Notes: generated from the sequence alone by a model not told the origin. 63,966 nucleotides of DNA, filler included, from Reticulomyxa filosa (GCA_000512085.1; 26 parts of 26 records of this genome joined end to end with filler, not necessarily neighbours in it), one strand, 5' to 3'; counted from the whole stretch's first letter, positions 38,161 to 51,681 are shown. Translations and numbers: made by a program.

Positions 38161-39956
38161 AAGTTTGCTTTACTTTTTTTTCTTTTTGGCGCATGCAAAC
38201 GAAAATTTTTTCATTTATACTTATATACATAAAAAAATTTTTTTTGATATGCTGAAATTCTTTCATTGCACAATAAATGATCGTTTAGCCGAAATCAGTC
38301 TATTGAGCGCAACAATAAGAATTTACTTTTTTTAACATTGTAAAAAAAATTGATTATAAAGATTATGTAACGTCCTGACGTAAAGAAACCAGAGTCCGTA
38401 GTTTGGTGTCCCATAGAAACTCCTACAATTTGCCACTGTTTTGTTTTCATGTAGTGAAATATCGAACATTCGGATCAGTCAGATACCTGTTGTGGTAGCG
38501 GAAGAGAGAAAAAGAGAATTCAAAGATGAACGAGTACAAAAATGGTTGGTTTGATTTCACACACCTTGTCAATTGCGTATTACGTGTGTATGTACATTAT
38601 CATTTTCCAATGCAGAGAGCAAAAGGTTTATGTGTGTATATCATTATCCTTATTTAAGTGACAGCAACAAATTCGAATCTAGTGCCAAGTCCATCAGTAA
38701 ATCGTTAAAAATGTTTATATATTAATTTGTAGTTTGTTTTTTTTAAGATGTTATTACATTTGTATAAGTTTGTACCTTCATGTACGTAATAGACATCAAC
38801 TGTTAAATGATTGCTCATTGGTCTCTTCGTATGACAGCATGTACACGATTTCAAAACACTTGGCTTCAAAACAATAGTTGAATGATAGTAGTGGCGATCA
38901 ACGTAGAATTCCCCCTATGCGACAACAATCCACCTCCTCCCATTGGATTTCAATGGTATCTTCTTGCTCGTCATCACTACACTTTGCAATCACATAGTTG
39001 AACTTACCGTTGTTGCAACCGTCCAGCACTGCCACTCGCAATGTCCAAGTATTGCTTTCCTTGTCCTGTTTTGCATGTTTCGATTACTTTTTTACCTTGT
39101 AATGGTCCATTTCTATCATTGATGCCATCAATCTACAATTTTATATTAAGTAATCATATGTTATTCTTTCTACGTTATTTTAAATTTTTTGCATAATTAT
39201 CTTTCTACGAAATTAATATAATAAAATAGAATGATAATTTGTCCAATGTCTTCCACTTCGGGTTATTTCACTAATGTTGCATTACCGAAACATAAATTAA
39301 ATCAATTGAATGTCTCGAAATATCTATAAATATTTAAAAAAGTGATTGAAAATATAGATGATTCTGTTGATAAAACAGCTTTTGTGCATTTTATTTGAAA
39401 CAAAATGGTTGAAAGTTGCATTTACTCATCTGAAAGAGTCTTGGAGAATATAGAGTAAAGTGTCGTGACAGTGGAATAAAGAAACACGGACACTCAAAGA
39501 AAAATTAAAGAATTGAGCGCAACTGTTAAATGAACAAGAAAAACCGTTCTTTTCTTTTGTACCACAAAAACTTTTTGAAGTGACGCGTTAATTTTGAAAA
39601 AGTTACTTGACGCACTTTTCAAAAGTTCAGTGTATGTGATATTGATTCAACACATATTTGGACTGCTCAAAAACACAAGTTGTTCCTTTTCTTATGTTTG
39701 ATTTGTTAAATTAATGGAGGGAATACACAAATTTGATTTTTTTCTACGATGATAATAAGCTATTTTAATTAGCTAGTTTTTTTATTAATCCCTTAGGAAA
39801 CATTTTCGAAAAAAATGGTCAAAAATAGTCAATCAATACAATTTAAAGCAAAATATTCTATGTCTATAACTTTTTTTGTGATTGAACAAACGAACATTTT
39901 TGGATGGATTATATTAAAAATTGAAGTTTTCGTTCACTTATTTTGTTTGATATAGG

Positions 39957-41041
39957 GATGGCCCCCTTTGACTAATGGCCGAAATGAAGTGTTGCTGAAA
40001 TTTTACGACTTCGTCACAGAAAACAAAGAATATCAAAGTGTTAGAGGTTCGTGAATTCAGATATGAACGAATGTTTGTAAGTCAATTTTTCGACAAGTAT
40101 CCAACCGTTGCGAACGTTGGACAAGTTGAGATAAGCTTTAAAAAAGAAAGAAGCATGTGATTATCATCACTTTCCCCTATCTATAAAAGGAAATGATAGA
40201 AGTTACACCTTGGTCTATCGCTTGGATGTTGCCTCAATATATACAAACATCATTTTGATCAATCGCTTGCAGCCAGTCACCATGGTGAATGACGAAATCT
40301 TTGCTCCGACTCAGGCAAACATAAATATAAAAAAAAAATTTTGTTTGTTTGTTTGTTTATTTGTTCAATGCAAAGACTTTTGAAATGGCGGTAGCGTGAC
40401 AAGTATTTTACATTGGACAAAGCAGTATATGTACGTACTATTAAAAAAAAAAAGCAATAATGAAAAAGACCGAATACGAAAAAAAAAAAAGTTATTGTAT
40501 GATTCCATGCAATTGGCATACATCGTATTTTAAACTCGCTCTACGGCCATGTCATGCACAAAAGAATAATGTCAATATTTCATATTTACATATACGTACA
40601 TTTTTTTAAAATGAATATTTTATGAAAAAAAAATTGCAAATACACTTTGTTCAGATGGTATCAATGGAAATGGCAGGCATCAGCACTCATATTGGTAATA
40701 TAATCATTGACTCACATAATCTGTGTGCTCACATTGGAATGCTTATTGAACTAGACAATGACGAGATTTGAAAGCTGCTGCTCAGCATATTTCCGGACAA
40801 CTTTGAAATCAAACTGAAAAATGAACCAGACGCATTACAAGTTACATACCCTGCCCCCTTGGTCGATGCTAAACGTCCAGACGTATAAAAAGTATACGAA
40901 CGATCCATGCCGAACACTGGCACATGAAACCAAACACAAGTACACAGTCTAGCGAGTGAAGTGTCTTGTTTGAATTGGATGGCACGTATAAATGTATGGT
41001 GTTTCCATACATCGACGGAAGATAGAACATTGTGTACGTAA
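39957..41041 (+). pseudogene. Multi-exon pseudogene of unknown family
   Basis: Coding-like exon 40655-41041 holds three in-frame stops; flanking exon-like blocks with GT..AG boundaries. Confidence 0.35.
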
Positions 41042-42748
41042 AAAAAAAAAAAAAAATGCTTAGCTTAAAAGGGTTCGAAATTAAGCGAAGAGGCGAGCTA
41101 AGTTGACAGATCCATATTTGCCATTACTAACTCCAATTTTTCAAGCAACAAACAAACAATGACAACCATATAAACGATATATACAAAAAATAATTATTTT
41201 TTTTTTTTGTTCATTTATTCCAGTTTTATTTTTTAATTGATGTGCTTTTCTTCTCCTAATAGGCATTGGAATATGAAAAAATATTTACAAAGTCTTTTCT
41301 TTGGACGTGGAATGCGAAGATAATGTTCTGTTATTGCACCGGAATTTGTTGAAGCTAATTAGCGAGAGAGGAAGTTTGACAAAGCGAGTCAATTTGTTAA
41401 CCTATGTATGACCTGCATTTGGTACAACTGACACCCTGCAAAATGTAAGAAATTTCGATACGTTGATTTGTGTATAGATAGCTTCACAAAGCTACGGTCG
41501 GCTCTCCTGCAATTAAATGATTTGAATGCACAAGCCAGTCTGCAACACCACAATAATGGCAGAAACGGTAATGATAGTGGTGATTGTAATGGTGATAACT
41601 ATGGCGACGATAACGATGAAAAGTAAACTCGACGATCATTTGCTCAATGACACAAAATATCATCAAATGGAATTTGCAATGTTCGGAATGCAGTGGACTT
41701 CGCTCTAAATACTCGGTTGAGACTATATTATTGGAAGCTTTAAGAAACTGCTTACTATGTCCAATTTAGGACTCTTTTTGTGGAAAGAAGAAGAAGATTT
41801 CGAATTTTGGATTATCATGAAATCATTGTTTTTTGTTTGAGATTTTCACATGATTCAATGCAAAGTTTGTAAAGAGCCAAAAGTCTATTATTGATTGAAT
41901 ACTGTGCTTGCGCGTGAATATATAAACAGAAAATCATCAAGGATCTTTTGCAAATGTGCGTTAGACCGATTCTTTTCGTTTTTCTTCATTTTACATATAA
42001 ATATTTCCTTTATTGCTTCGATTATGCTTAACATGAAGGTATTTGAGAATATATCTGAAATACGCTTTCAGTTATACTTTCACGGCAGTATATCATTCAA
42101 ATATTAAAACAATTTTGAAAAGATATTCAGTTTTTTAAATAAATTACATCATCTTCACTTGAGCAGTGAAAAATCTATATTAAAAAAACTTGATATCTAA
42201 ATATGAGTTATTTTATCATAAGATGATACTGGCAGATTTTAATTGTGGGACTTGTGAGAAGATTAAGTGTAATACGAAAGGAACTNNNNNNNNNNNNNNN
42301 NNNNNNNNNNNNNNNNNNNNNNNNNNNNNTTAATTAATTAANNNNNNNNNNNNNNNNNNNNNNNNNNNNNNNNNNNNNNNNNNNNGCACTATTGATGACC
42401 TTTTTCTTAGAAGAAAGAAGTACATTAAGTGGAATAGATGATCACGACAAAAAGGGTTTTAGGATTTTATTTTCAACTCCCTCGCAAATGCAAAATTGTA
42501 ATTGTTTTGTTTTTGAATAGAAAATCTTCATAATAGAAACTGTTTCTATGTTTGCATAAAAAACTACATTCCTCCGTTTAATATCCGTTTATTAAAAACA
42601 GAGTTTTTCCAAAAACAATAATTTCATTCATATTTGCACGTAGTTTTTTTTTTTTAAACTGACCAATTTATCCGTTTTTGTAAAATTTAAAAACTCCAAA
42701 TTTTTTACTAAAATTTTGCTTACCTATTACTAATAAAACAAAAAAAAA

Positions 42749-43938
42749 ATGAAGCAAGCAAATGAAGAAAACTCAAGAGATGAGTAAAGACTGAAGTAAC
42801 TTCGTTTTCACTCGAACATTCTTGCTGGATTTTGCGATCCTATCAACAAGAGCAAATCAAACATTTTATTTGTTTGATTTGCAAACAAATTGCCAACAAC
42901 CCTATGGACATAAACTGTCCACATCATGCAAATATGGATGAAATGATAATTGCTGGAGAGCATTGTCTAACACTATTTCTTGAAAACAATAACAACTCTT
43001 GTCCAATTCAACCACATAACAACTGTCAGTATTCAAGAAACAACGCTGTGAGAAAATATCTTGATGATCTAACAGTGATTTGCATAAGACAATTTGAAAA
43101 TATCACATGAAACTAAAAGAGAATGAGAAACACATGGAGTGATTTTAAAGGAAAATTAAAAGATTTAAATAATCATTTAATCAATGAATGCCCTTTGAAT
43201 TTAATCAATTGTTTGTTTAAACCATTTGGTTGTAATCATACTTGCTTCAGCCACAATTTAAAAAATCATCTAATTACAAACATGAAATTATATTTTAATT
43301 TGGTTACTCAATTATTACAATCTATGAAACAGGAAATTCAATTGAAAGATAATCGAATCAAACAAATGGAAAGAGATTATCAACAAGAATTGCTCAAGTA
43401 TCGAGTAGATATTGAAATGATTAAAAAAGATTTCAATGAGAAAGAAAAACAAATTTTATCTAATCATACAAAAATAGTTAAAATATTGGAAGAAAAGAAT
43501 TCCAATTTAACTCAAGATTATGAATTATTACTCCAAAAATTAAATCATCAACATAAAGAAAAAGAACATAAAAAACAAAGTTATGAATTTACTACTTTAT
43601 CATAATTATCTATTATTTTAATTTGTTTCATTCATCATACAAATTAATATGGACATACTAATATTGTGCCGAGTATTGATTATTCAACATTTAATGATTG
43701 TCAATTCATTTGTTCTGGATCATATGATAAAACAGTTTGTGTATGGGATAAACGAATTCAATTATTCAATAGACATTTACTTGATTTATGTTGTGTGAAA
43801 TTTTCACAATATCATTATCACAATCATCATTGTAATGTCATATGTTCTTCATCCAGTGATAAAACAATTCGCTTTTGTGATGTTAAAACGTACAAATTAT
43901 TACATGTTTTCAATGGACATTCAATGATCAGAAAATAG
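42749..43938 (+). pseudogene. RING/TRAF-zinc-finger, coiled-coil, WD40 pseudogene
   Basis: FICLICKQIAN..CP, HLINECPL..C.FKPFGCNH, ICSGSYDKTVCVWD; several stops and frameshifts; runs into a Tc1 remnant. Confidence 0.8.
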
Positions 43939-44943
43939 TACTTTTCTCTGATAAAAACGAAATTAATTAAAAATATATTGATTGAAGGTGTCATACTTGG
44001 AAGAGACCATGAGCACCACTTACCGAAAATGTAATAATAAAAACATCAACATTTAGTGTTGGAAGTATAATCGTGTAGTCTTGATTTGGAGTATTAGAGC
44101 TTGGTTATACATGTAAAAGTGATAGAGATGTCAATGTATATTTCAGTAAGACAATGTCACAAGCTACAAAGTAATCACAGTAAAAGAATAGTTTGAACAA
44201 AATGATATCAAAGTATTTGATTTCAATTAAAATTCTCCAGACTTGAACAAAATTAAAAATCTGTGGTGGATAGTGAAAACAAAAATATATAAAACGAACA
44301 AGTCAGATCAAAAAACTTTGTCAATTTTTTTACAGTCTAATTTAAATTATTTCCAAAGAAACATGCACAAACTTAATGAAATTAATGCCAGAGCGAACAC
44401 AATGCAAAAAGTGATTTAATCAAATGATAATTTTTACTAAAAAAATCTTACAAAAAAAAAAATTTTCAGTTCTTAATCTTTTGAATTAAAAAAAGCAAAA
44501 AAACCAATGATTAGTTTAGACAAAGCAAATGGTAGTCAAAAACCATTATGTACAAACTTTGAAAATAACATTAAATTCTGCAAAAAAAAATTATTTTTGA
44601 TAACAAAAAACTACTCAACGTAGAATGCTATTTTTTTTTTACAAATATCTATGCATTGAACACTTTCTGAAAATGCTTTGAAAAAAAGTTGGCAAGTTTC
44701 ATGGTTAAGATACAATCACGATTGTCAACTTTTCTCGAAAATTTCCAATAATCAATAAAATATTCAAATTTTTTAAACAATTAGGAAAGATACACTAAAA
44801 ACTAAATTCAAAATGATATTTTAAAACTACACAATTTGTAGATATTTTTTAAAAAATTATATTTGTATGTTGTCTTTTCATGAAGGAAATCAATAATCTA
44901 TAAGATGCTCTTTTATGTGTCAACTTTATTTTGCATTCTACTG
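43930..44943 (+). mobile_element. Tc1-like transposon 3' part: decayed DD34E catalytic domain plus right TIR
   Basis: KTSTFSVGSIIV*, then FQ*DN..(34 aa)..SPDLNKIKNLW at 44141-44270; right end reverses to CAGTAGAATGCAAAATAAAGTTGACAC. Confidence 0.85.
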
Positions 44944-45624
44944 CATATATCACTGCATTTTTCAAAAAGATTCAATAGCAGCAACAATATTTCAAGTTTT
45001 AAAATAATATTCTGTGTTCTTGAAAACAGAGAAAAATTCTATCATGAATTACTATAAAAACAATTTTGCTCGATCATTCAAAAAACACAACACTTGAAAT
45101 ATCTTTCAATTTATTTTGATATTTGAATACAATATTCATTAATTATGTTTTTCAACTCTTTAAAAAACATTGAATGTAGCTTTTTCAATTTTTTAAACAA
45201 CAAAGCAAAATAAAACACATCATTCAATGCTTGCATTCAATCAAATCAAATAAGTTTGATATCACCTTACTTTTCTTTAATCAAACTTTTCAAATAAAAA
45301 ACAATTTCATTTTTTATTCGACAAAAAAGGAAATTATCCCCAAATACGAATGGGACCTTTGTGTGAACCATAACATAAATTCAAATCATGTGTAACATTC
45401 TTTGTATTGTTTTTCTTTTTCAATTCAATAAATTTAAGACATAATATTCTAAGATTTTCTTTCTCATCTCCTTTGATCGTACACAATTCATTTTTATTTG
45501 ATCGAATATCCCAAAAACGAATTGNNNNNNNNNNNNNNNNNNNNNNNNNNNNNNNNNNNNNNNNNNNNTTAATTAATTAANNNNNNNNNNNNNNNNNNNN
45601 NNNNNNNNNNNNNNNNNNNNNNNN

Positions 45625-46781
45625 GGAGAAGGAGAAGAAGAAGAAGACAGCACGAAAGTAATTACGAGTGTTCGAATAAAGAGAACAATGAAAGTAAGAA
45701 TTGTCAAGCGTTAGTTGAACGCGTCGATGTGCACATGGAAGAAGAAGATGTCACTGCTTCTATTCGAAAGATCTCACTGAGAACAAACAAGTCGCTTGTG
45801 TCAAAAGCACTGTGTGATGTCGTGGAAAGATGTCACGCTCCTCACCCGACGAAACATCATCACACCAATCAAATCCGAGTGGTCCATTCCTTTCGCGTCT
45901 TTGAAAAAAAACACAAGTTTCAACAGCTGTTAATCCAGCCAAACGAAAATGGCAGTGGCTGTTTTGTCTATTCTTCTCTGTGGAATGCCATGTCCGCAGG
46001 TTTGCTTTATACACATACACATATACATATATGTATACAAGCTACGTATATAAAACAAAACAAAAAAAAGGGGGGGGGGGGGTACATTTTTTTTTTTTTT
46101 ATTAAAAAAAAAAAATAAATAAAAAAATAACAATAACAATAATCCAAACAGAAACATGTTATACACATACGTATACATTATATATGTGTATATATTTATA
46201 TAAATATGTATATGTAAAGTGACGAAGTTAATGCCGCTATTCGAAACGGAAGGATTTTGCGAAAAGGATAGCATTGATAACGCGTACCGCGAAGTGGACA
46301 TCCACACGCGATTGTATCGCAAGAGCTGTCAGTGGTATGGGACGCAGCACTGTGGTATCGTCGACGTAATCGCGTCGGTGGAGCTGAAGCATCGCCCGGT
46401 AGTTTGTTCGGTCGACAATCGTCGAACCGTTCAGGCACCATTACATAACCAGGTGCCAAAGAGAAACGTAAGGAGGCACGGGAACAAATGCGTGAGCAAC
46501 GCAGAGGACAAGAAAGTCCGTTGTCCTTTGCCTTCTTCCCCTTCCATAGATGATTACCTTCGTTGTCGAGCGAAACGCAATTGTAATGGTAATGACAACA
46601 ATGAAAACAATGGTAACAATGACGATGATAAGAATGATAATAGCGATAGCGATAGTAACACTGATAGCAATGATGATAATGACGATGACAATGTTGTGTC
46701 TACAAAGAAAGCGTTTTTGGCTGTGACAATGCCAAAATTTAGTTGCAATTTGAAACAGGTTTTGTCTTTGTCAGCAAAAGT
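45625..46781 (+). CDS. Divergent protein kinase N-lobe with a long Asn/Asp-rich insert, partial
   Basis: NGSGCFVY (Gly loop), VTKLM (Lys strand), AYREVDIHTRL (helix C), GIVDVI, AVTMPKFSCNLKQVL; intron about 46000-46218. Confidence 0.5.
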
Positions 46782-46999
46782 GTATCTCGTAGAAAAAACA
46801 AAAACAGTTTTAAAAACGGGGGGGGGGGGGGGAACGAGGAAAANNNNNNNNNNNNNNNNNNNNNNNNNNNNNNNNNNNNNNNNNNNNTTAATTAATTAAN
46901 NNNNNNNNNNNNNNNNNNNNNNNNNNNNNNNNNNNNNNNNNNNATGTTTTTATGATGAACGTCAGCTTCCATTTACGCACATATTCATGATTTATACAA

Positions 47000-47443
47000 T
47001 ATAATTTTCATCAGTGGTCAAATGATTGTTTTCGCATTACCTGGTTCAATCGATGTATGGACTGTAAATGCAGGTGAAAGATTGAAATAATTGGAAGGTC
47101 ATCATCGTGGTATAATGTGTCCAATATTTTTTCCATATAATCGATTTATTGCATCTTGCTCACATGATGCGACAATTCTGAATGGAATGTTCAATCAGTA
47201 GAAACAGTAGCAATGCTTGAGGGACATTCATTTCGTGTGATTTGCATAAAATATTTTGCAGATGATCAACGGGTTGTCTCGTATTCAAATGATCGTACAG
47301 CTCGAATATGTGATGTAAACTCAAGACAAGAAATACAGATACTGGAAGAACACTTAAAAGGCGTGACGGGAATAGATATTTCACAAGATGGAAATACAAT
47401 CATATCATGTGCTGACGATAAAACAATTAGAATTTGGGGATGA
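47000..47443 (+). pseudogene. WD40 pseudogene fragment
   Basis: LEGH..VSYSNDRTARI, ISCADDKTIRIWG; upstream repeats interrupted by stops. Confidence 0.7.
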
Positions 47444-47997
47444 CGTAAATTATTCAACAAAATTAAAATTGCTTTTTTTGTTGTTAAAATATTCCACTAC
47501 ATTGCTTCACAAGCAATTTCTGTTGATCTTTCTACCCTTTGTGTCTTTCCAAATATGCCTTTCGATCAGAAACCTCTTTGAATATCTATCGTCTAAATAT
47601 GTTTCGCCAAACTCAGTCACATCAACAATTTTGCTACTATTACTTGTATTTGTCTTCTTGTAGACAAAGTAAGTTACATCAGCATTTTTAGAATGGCTAT
47701 CCTGAAGACAACTTTTCAGTATAGTGTTTCAAGTTTACATCGTTCAACACCTCAAAAGTAGCAAATTTGCCTGATAGCTTGAAACCCAAATAATGGAGAA
47801 AAAAAAAGATTTGAAAACGATGACATATTAGACCCCGCTTTTTTTTTGCTTTTTTTTTAGGAAAAAAACCTTAGAAAACAATAACAAATATAAGCATATG
47901 TATCCGTGTAAGGCGGAGAATGAATAGGAAGAAAAAAAAACTATTTATAGATACAAAAAAAAAATCGCAAAAAAAAAAAAGATTTGCAACAAAGGGA

Positions 47998-50038
47998 TTA
48001 CTTTGATTTTTTATATCCCAAAGCGCCAGCAAAAGAATCCATGGGATTACCCAATCGATTCAATCGTGAAGGTTTATTTTGTTCGTTTTGTAAGACTTTG
48101 ATGACTGTTCGAAGACGAGAGATCTCCCCACTCGTCGCGGTTGCCATTGCAATCTTTTCCCGAGACACTCGTTCCAGTTCGGCTTTGTAAATTGCAATTT
48201 GGTTTTCCAAGTCAGCCCGTGTGTTTTCTTTCGCTTTGGCTGTGTCATTGATTGGCTCCTCATTGATATCAAGCCCAACTGTGCTGCTATTATTATTATT
48301 ATTGCTGTTGTTGTTATTTGAAGCAGAAGCAGTAGCGGCAGCAGTAGCAGTAGCAGTAGCAGCAGTAAGCTTCAACTGACCAATTTCCAGCTCCAAATCA
48401 CGCATTTGTTTGTGGATATTGTTCATATTTTGATGTGCCGTTTCCATCTCTTTGCAAAGTTTTTTGTTCTCTTCGTTCAGTTGGCCCCAGTCTTTGTAAG
48501 GGATTTCCAAATGCGCTTCATTCAACTTGCGGAGTTTGTCAATCGCACGCAAGATCTTGCCCACGTGCAAGGGGTTCACGCAAATGTCATTCAACAGCAC
48601 TTGCTTCGTCACATCATTCAGCAGGATACTTCCATCCACGCCATCTTCCACTACGTGCTGTCCATATTTGGCCATTCCCATTTCATCCAGCCACAATGCG
48701 ACCTCTTCGGGGGTCCAATTTAGAGCTTTTTCCTATATTTATATAGATATATAGATACATATGTATATGTGTATATATATATATATATAATTACCGGCAC
48801 CAAAAAATCTTCTTTTGTATTAGCCATTTCTTCGATTTCTTGAAGATACTGCTTTTCTTTCAAAAGACTTAATTTGAGAGCAGAGGCCTGCTTTTTGAGT
48901 TCGGCTTCCATTTCTTTTTGCAGGCCGTCGGCTTCGACGACGTCAAATGCGCTAAAGTTTTTGGGATTGAGCAGATTGCTGGCGCTCTTGTCGTGGGACT
49001 GGTCGGACCCGAACAAGCCTATGCCGACCACGCTCAACTGAGTGCTGCTGGCCATGGCGCTGTTATGCACAACGACGCTGCCCGTGTCGTTTTGGCTGCT
49101 GCCGTTCTTCAGATGTTTGTTGAACGTCTCTTGTGAAGGCTCTCGATTTAGTACCATTGCGTCGTTGTCTTGTTGCTGTGTCGGTTGTTGACTTGCTTCG
49201 CTTTCTTTTTTTCAGTTGTTGACGCATTGCTGCTAACTCTTCATCTTCTTCTTCTTCTTCTTCTTCTTCATTTTCATCTTGTTTATTCTTATCTTTCTTC
49301 TGACTCTTTGCTCCGTCTTCATCGTCTCCTTCTTCGTTGTTCTCATTGTCGTCCTCGTCTTCCTTCTCTTTGCGTTGACGGTTCAACCGTCGCGCCAGAC
49401 GAATCAAAGGCTGCTGCAACTCAGTAGATAGTCCGTGTTGTAATTGCTCGTCACAAACGTTTGGTACGTTTGACGGTCGACGAAGCCCACCTTCTCCTCG
49501 TCCAATAGATTAAATAGGGTCTCCATTTGCTCTTCCGTCAGTGATGCCTTCAGCTTTTTCATTCCCTTCTTCCATTCGTTTACGTCCACGTCGCCATTGT
49601 CTTCCGTGTCGATCACTTCCCATTGCGTTATTATTAATTCCTTTTTTTTTAAAAAAAAAAAAAGTTTTTTTTTCTGGTTAAAAAAAAAAATTTCTTTTAT
49701 ATATAAATATACATATGCACATACACATATGCATATATATATATATGTATGTATATGTCAACTTGTAGTCGCTTTTGGCGTGCCAATTCGTCCATTGCTG
49801 ACATCGAGTCATCGTCGTCATCAGATATGTCCCCTTTTAGCACTTTTTCCAGGAGAGACTCTTGCTCCATTAATGTCGCCTTGCGGATTTCCAAGTGTGT
49901 CGACGAATTCTTTCGGCTTGGATGCAACGACCCTGACAACGAATCCACTTTGAGATGCTTCGATGATGAATCTGCATCCTCCTCACTCATTTTCTCTTTC
50001 AAGTCTTCATCTGTTTCCAAATCGGTAGTAGGTTCCAT
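47998..50038 (-). CDS. EF-hand pair, acidic linker, SAM domain and coiled-coil protein (three exons)
   Basis: EF loops DTEDNGDVDVNE and DEEKVGFVDRQT; SAM WTPEEVALWLDEMGMAKY..DGVDGSILL..LHVGKILRAI; introns about 49624-49760 and 48724-48795. Confidence 0.75.
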
Positions 50039-50472
50039 TTTCTAAAGATTTTTACAATTGAAATATTATATGCTTATTAAGTTTTTCTTCTTTACTTCTC
50101 CTCCCTTGTTTGCTGCTTTTTAAGAAAAAAGGACGAGCATTTCTAGTATGGGTTTGTAAGTTTATGTATCTGTTTAGGATTTCAAAGGTTACAAGACTAG
50201 TTAATAAGACAAACTAAAGATTGTGATAGAATTATTCAAGTTTGTAAAAGTTTGTTATCTCTAAAACAAACAATATAGTAATAAACACTTTCAAGAAACG
50301 TTTTAAATTAAACAATTTTTTAACGAATTCAAACTATTTTGTTCACTTGTTGGTAGTGCTGTGATTTATGTTTTTCTCTTAGTACTATGTATTGCTGTAC
50401 CAGTTAAAGTAGAATTATTAAATTTGACTAAGGATCTACAAAAAAAAGAATAAAGATTTTATTAAAAGCTAA

Positions 50473-50495
50473 CCAATACAGCTGATTGACGTCAA
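50473..50495. promoter_or_regulatory. CCAAT box and CRE-like palindrome TTGACGTCAA in a divergent promoter
   Basis: CCAAT 50473-50477; palindrome 50486-50495, about 50 nt before the CEP41 ATG. Confidence 0.35.
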
Positions 50496-50546
50496 GTGTT
50501 TTTTAAATTTTCAAAAAACCAAAATATAACATCGAGAGACCTGGTA

Positions 50547-51681
50547 ATGAAAAGCAATAAAAATGTTGCTCCTCGAGTAAGGCCAAAGTTGGACACTGGA
50601 TTTCATACCAAAAATATCAAACTAATTCGTTCGTATCACTTTTTTTCCCGTTTATCTTTAAATTTTATACTTTCAAATTCTATATCAATAAAAAAAACAA
50701 AATAACAAAAGCAACAAAAAAAGACGAAGTATTCAAAAGATTAAAAGTTTCCGAGCTTTTAACACTTTTACAATCAGAGCAGACCAATATCTACAATAAG
50801 TGTAACGGAGAGAATAACGAGAAAAGTCGTCGCAAAAACGAATCGACCACCCCAGAAAATATTTATGCAGCTGAAAGCACTAAGGCTTTGACCATAAATG
50901 AATGTTTAACTTTTTCAGAACCGGCAACTTCTTCTCGTGAGCATAATGTTTAGTACCGTTTTGTGGATGTTACATTTGCCAGTCAAAAAGGAAATCAAGA
51001 AACACCTTATTTGCTTTTAAAGGGAGATACAGACGGTCCAAGTTTTTTGCTACTTGATATTCGAAGCGAAGCAGATTTTAACAAATATCACATCAAAAGT
51101 GCTCGTCAATATGACACTGCTTTGGTGCGTAAAGACAAATTAGGACACGAGATTTACCGCTACAAAAATAAAAAAGAAAAACTTATTATTATTTGTGGTG
51201 ACAAAGAAGCTGACTGTAATGAATTTGGTACTTCACTCGTACAAAAATATATCGAAAATGTTTTCGTCTTAATGATATGTTTAGTTTTTGTTCAACAGCT
51301 AAACACAGGGACAACTTCGTTCATGAGTTTTTTAAATGTTCTTTTGAAACAGCCGTGGAAAGCTTTTGCGCCAAATATCCAGGGTATTGCGAAGGAGAAA
51401 ATATTCCTTCTCCTCCATCTCCTGACTCTGCAAAGTTTGCAATTGATTACGCTGTTTTGTTCTATTAGGGTCTACCCAGTTTTTTGTTTGTGTGTCGGGG
51501 TTCCAATAGAATAATACGGTGCCTACCTTACAAAAAGTTAAACCCTGAAAATCGCATTGAAAAGTCTACTTCCTTCAGGTCGGCAACCAAACGTGTGAAA
51601 AGTTTAGATGAGAGATCCATGTGTAGCGTTCAAACTCTTGGCACTGCTATGTCTAATTCAGCAAGGACTTGGATCCCTTAA
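50547..51681 (+). CDS. CEP41: Centrosomal protein 41 (rhodanese-like), multi-exon
   Basis: PKLDTG, KKDEVFKRLKV, FLLLDIR..F..YHI..A, YKN..KLIII..D..ENVFVL match the CEP41 pattern. Confidence 0.8.

Noticed and set aside
38320-38342. Right TIR closing the 37642 element
   Set aside because: Only CATTG|TA and an A-run match; too weak to call.
21792-41041. Stop-codon reassignment to explain in-frame stops
   Set aside because: All three stop types occur together with frameshifts, and conserved genes end at normal stops with no internal ones.
50948-51021. In-frame TAG in CEP41 as readthrough or pseudogene
   Set aside because: It lies in a plausible GT..AG intron outside the conserved blocks.
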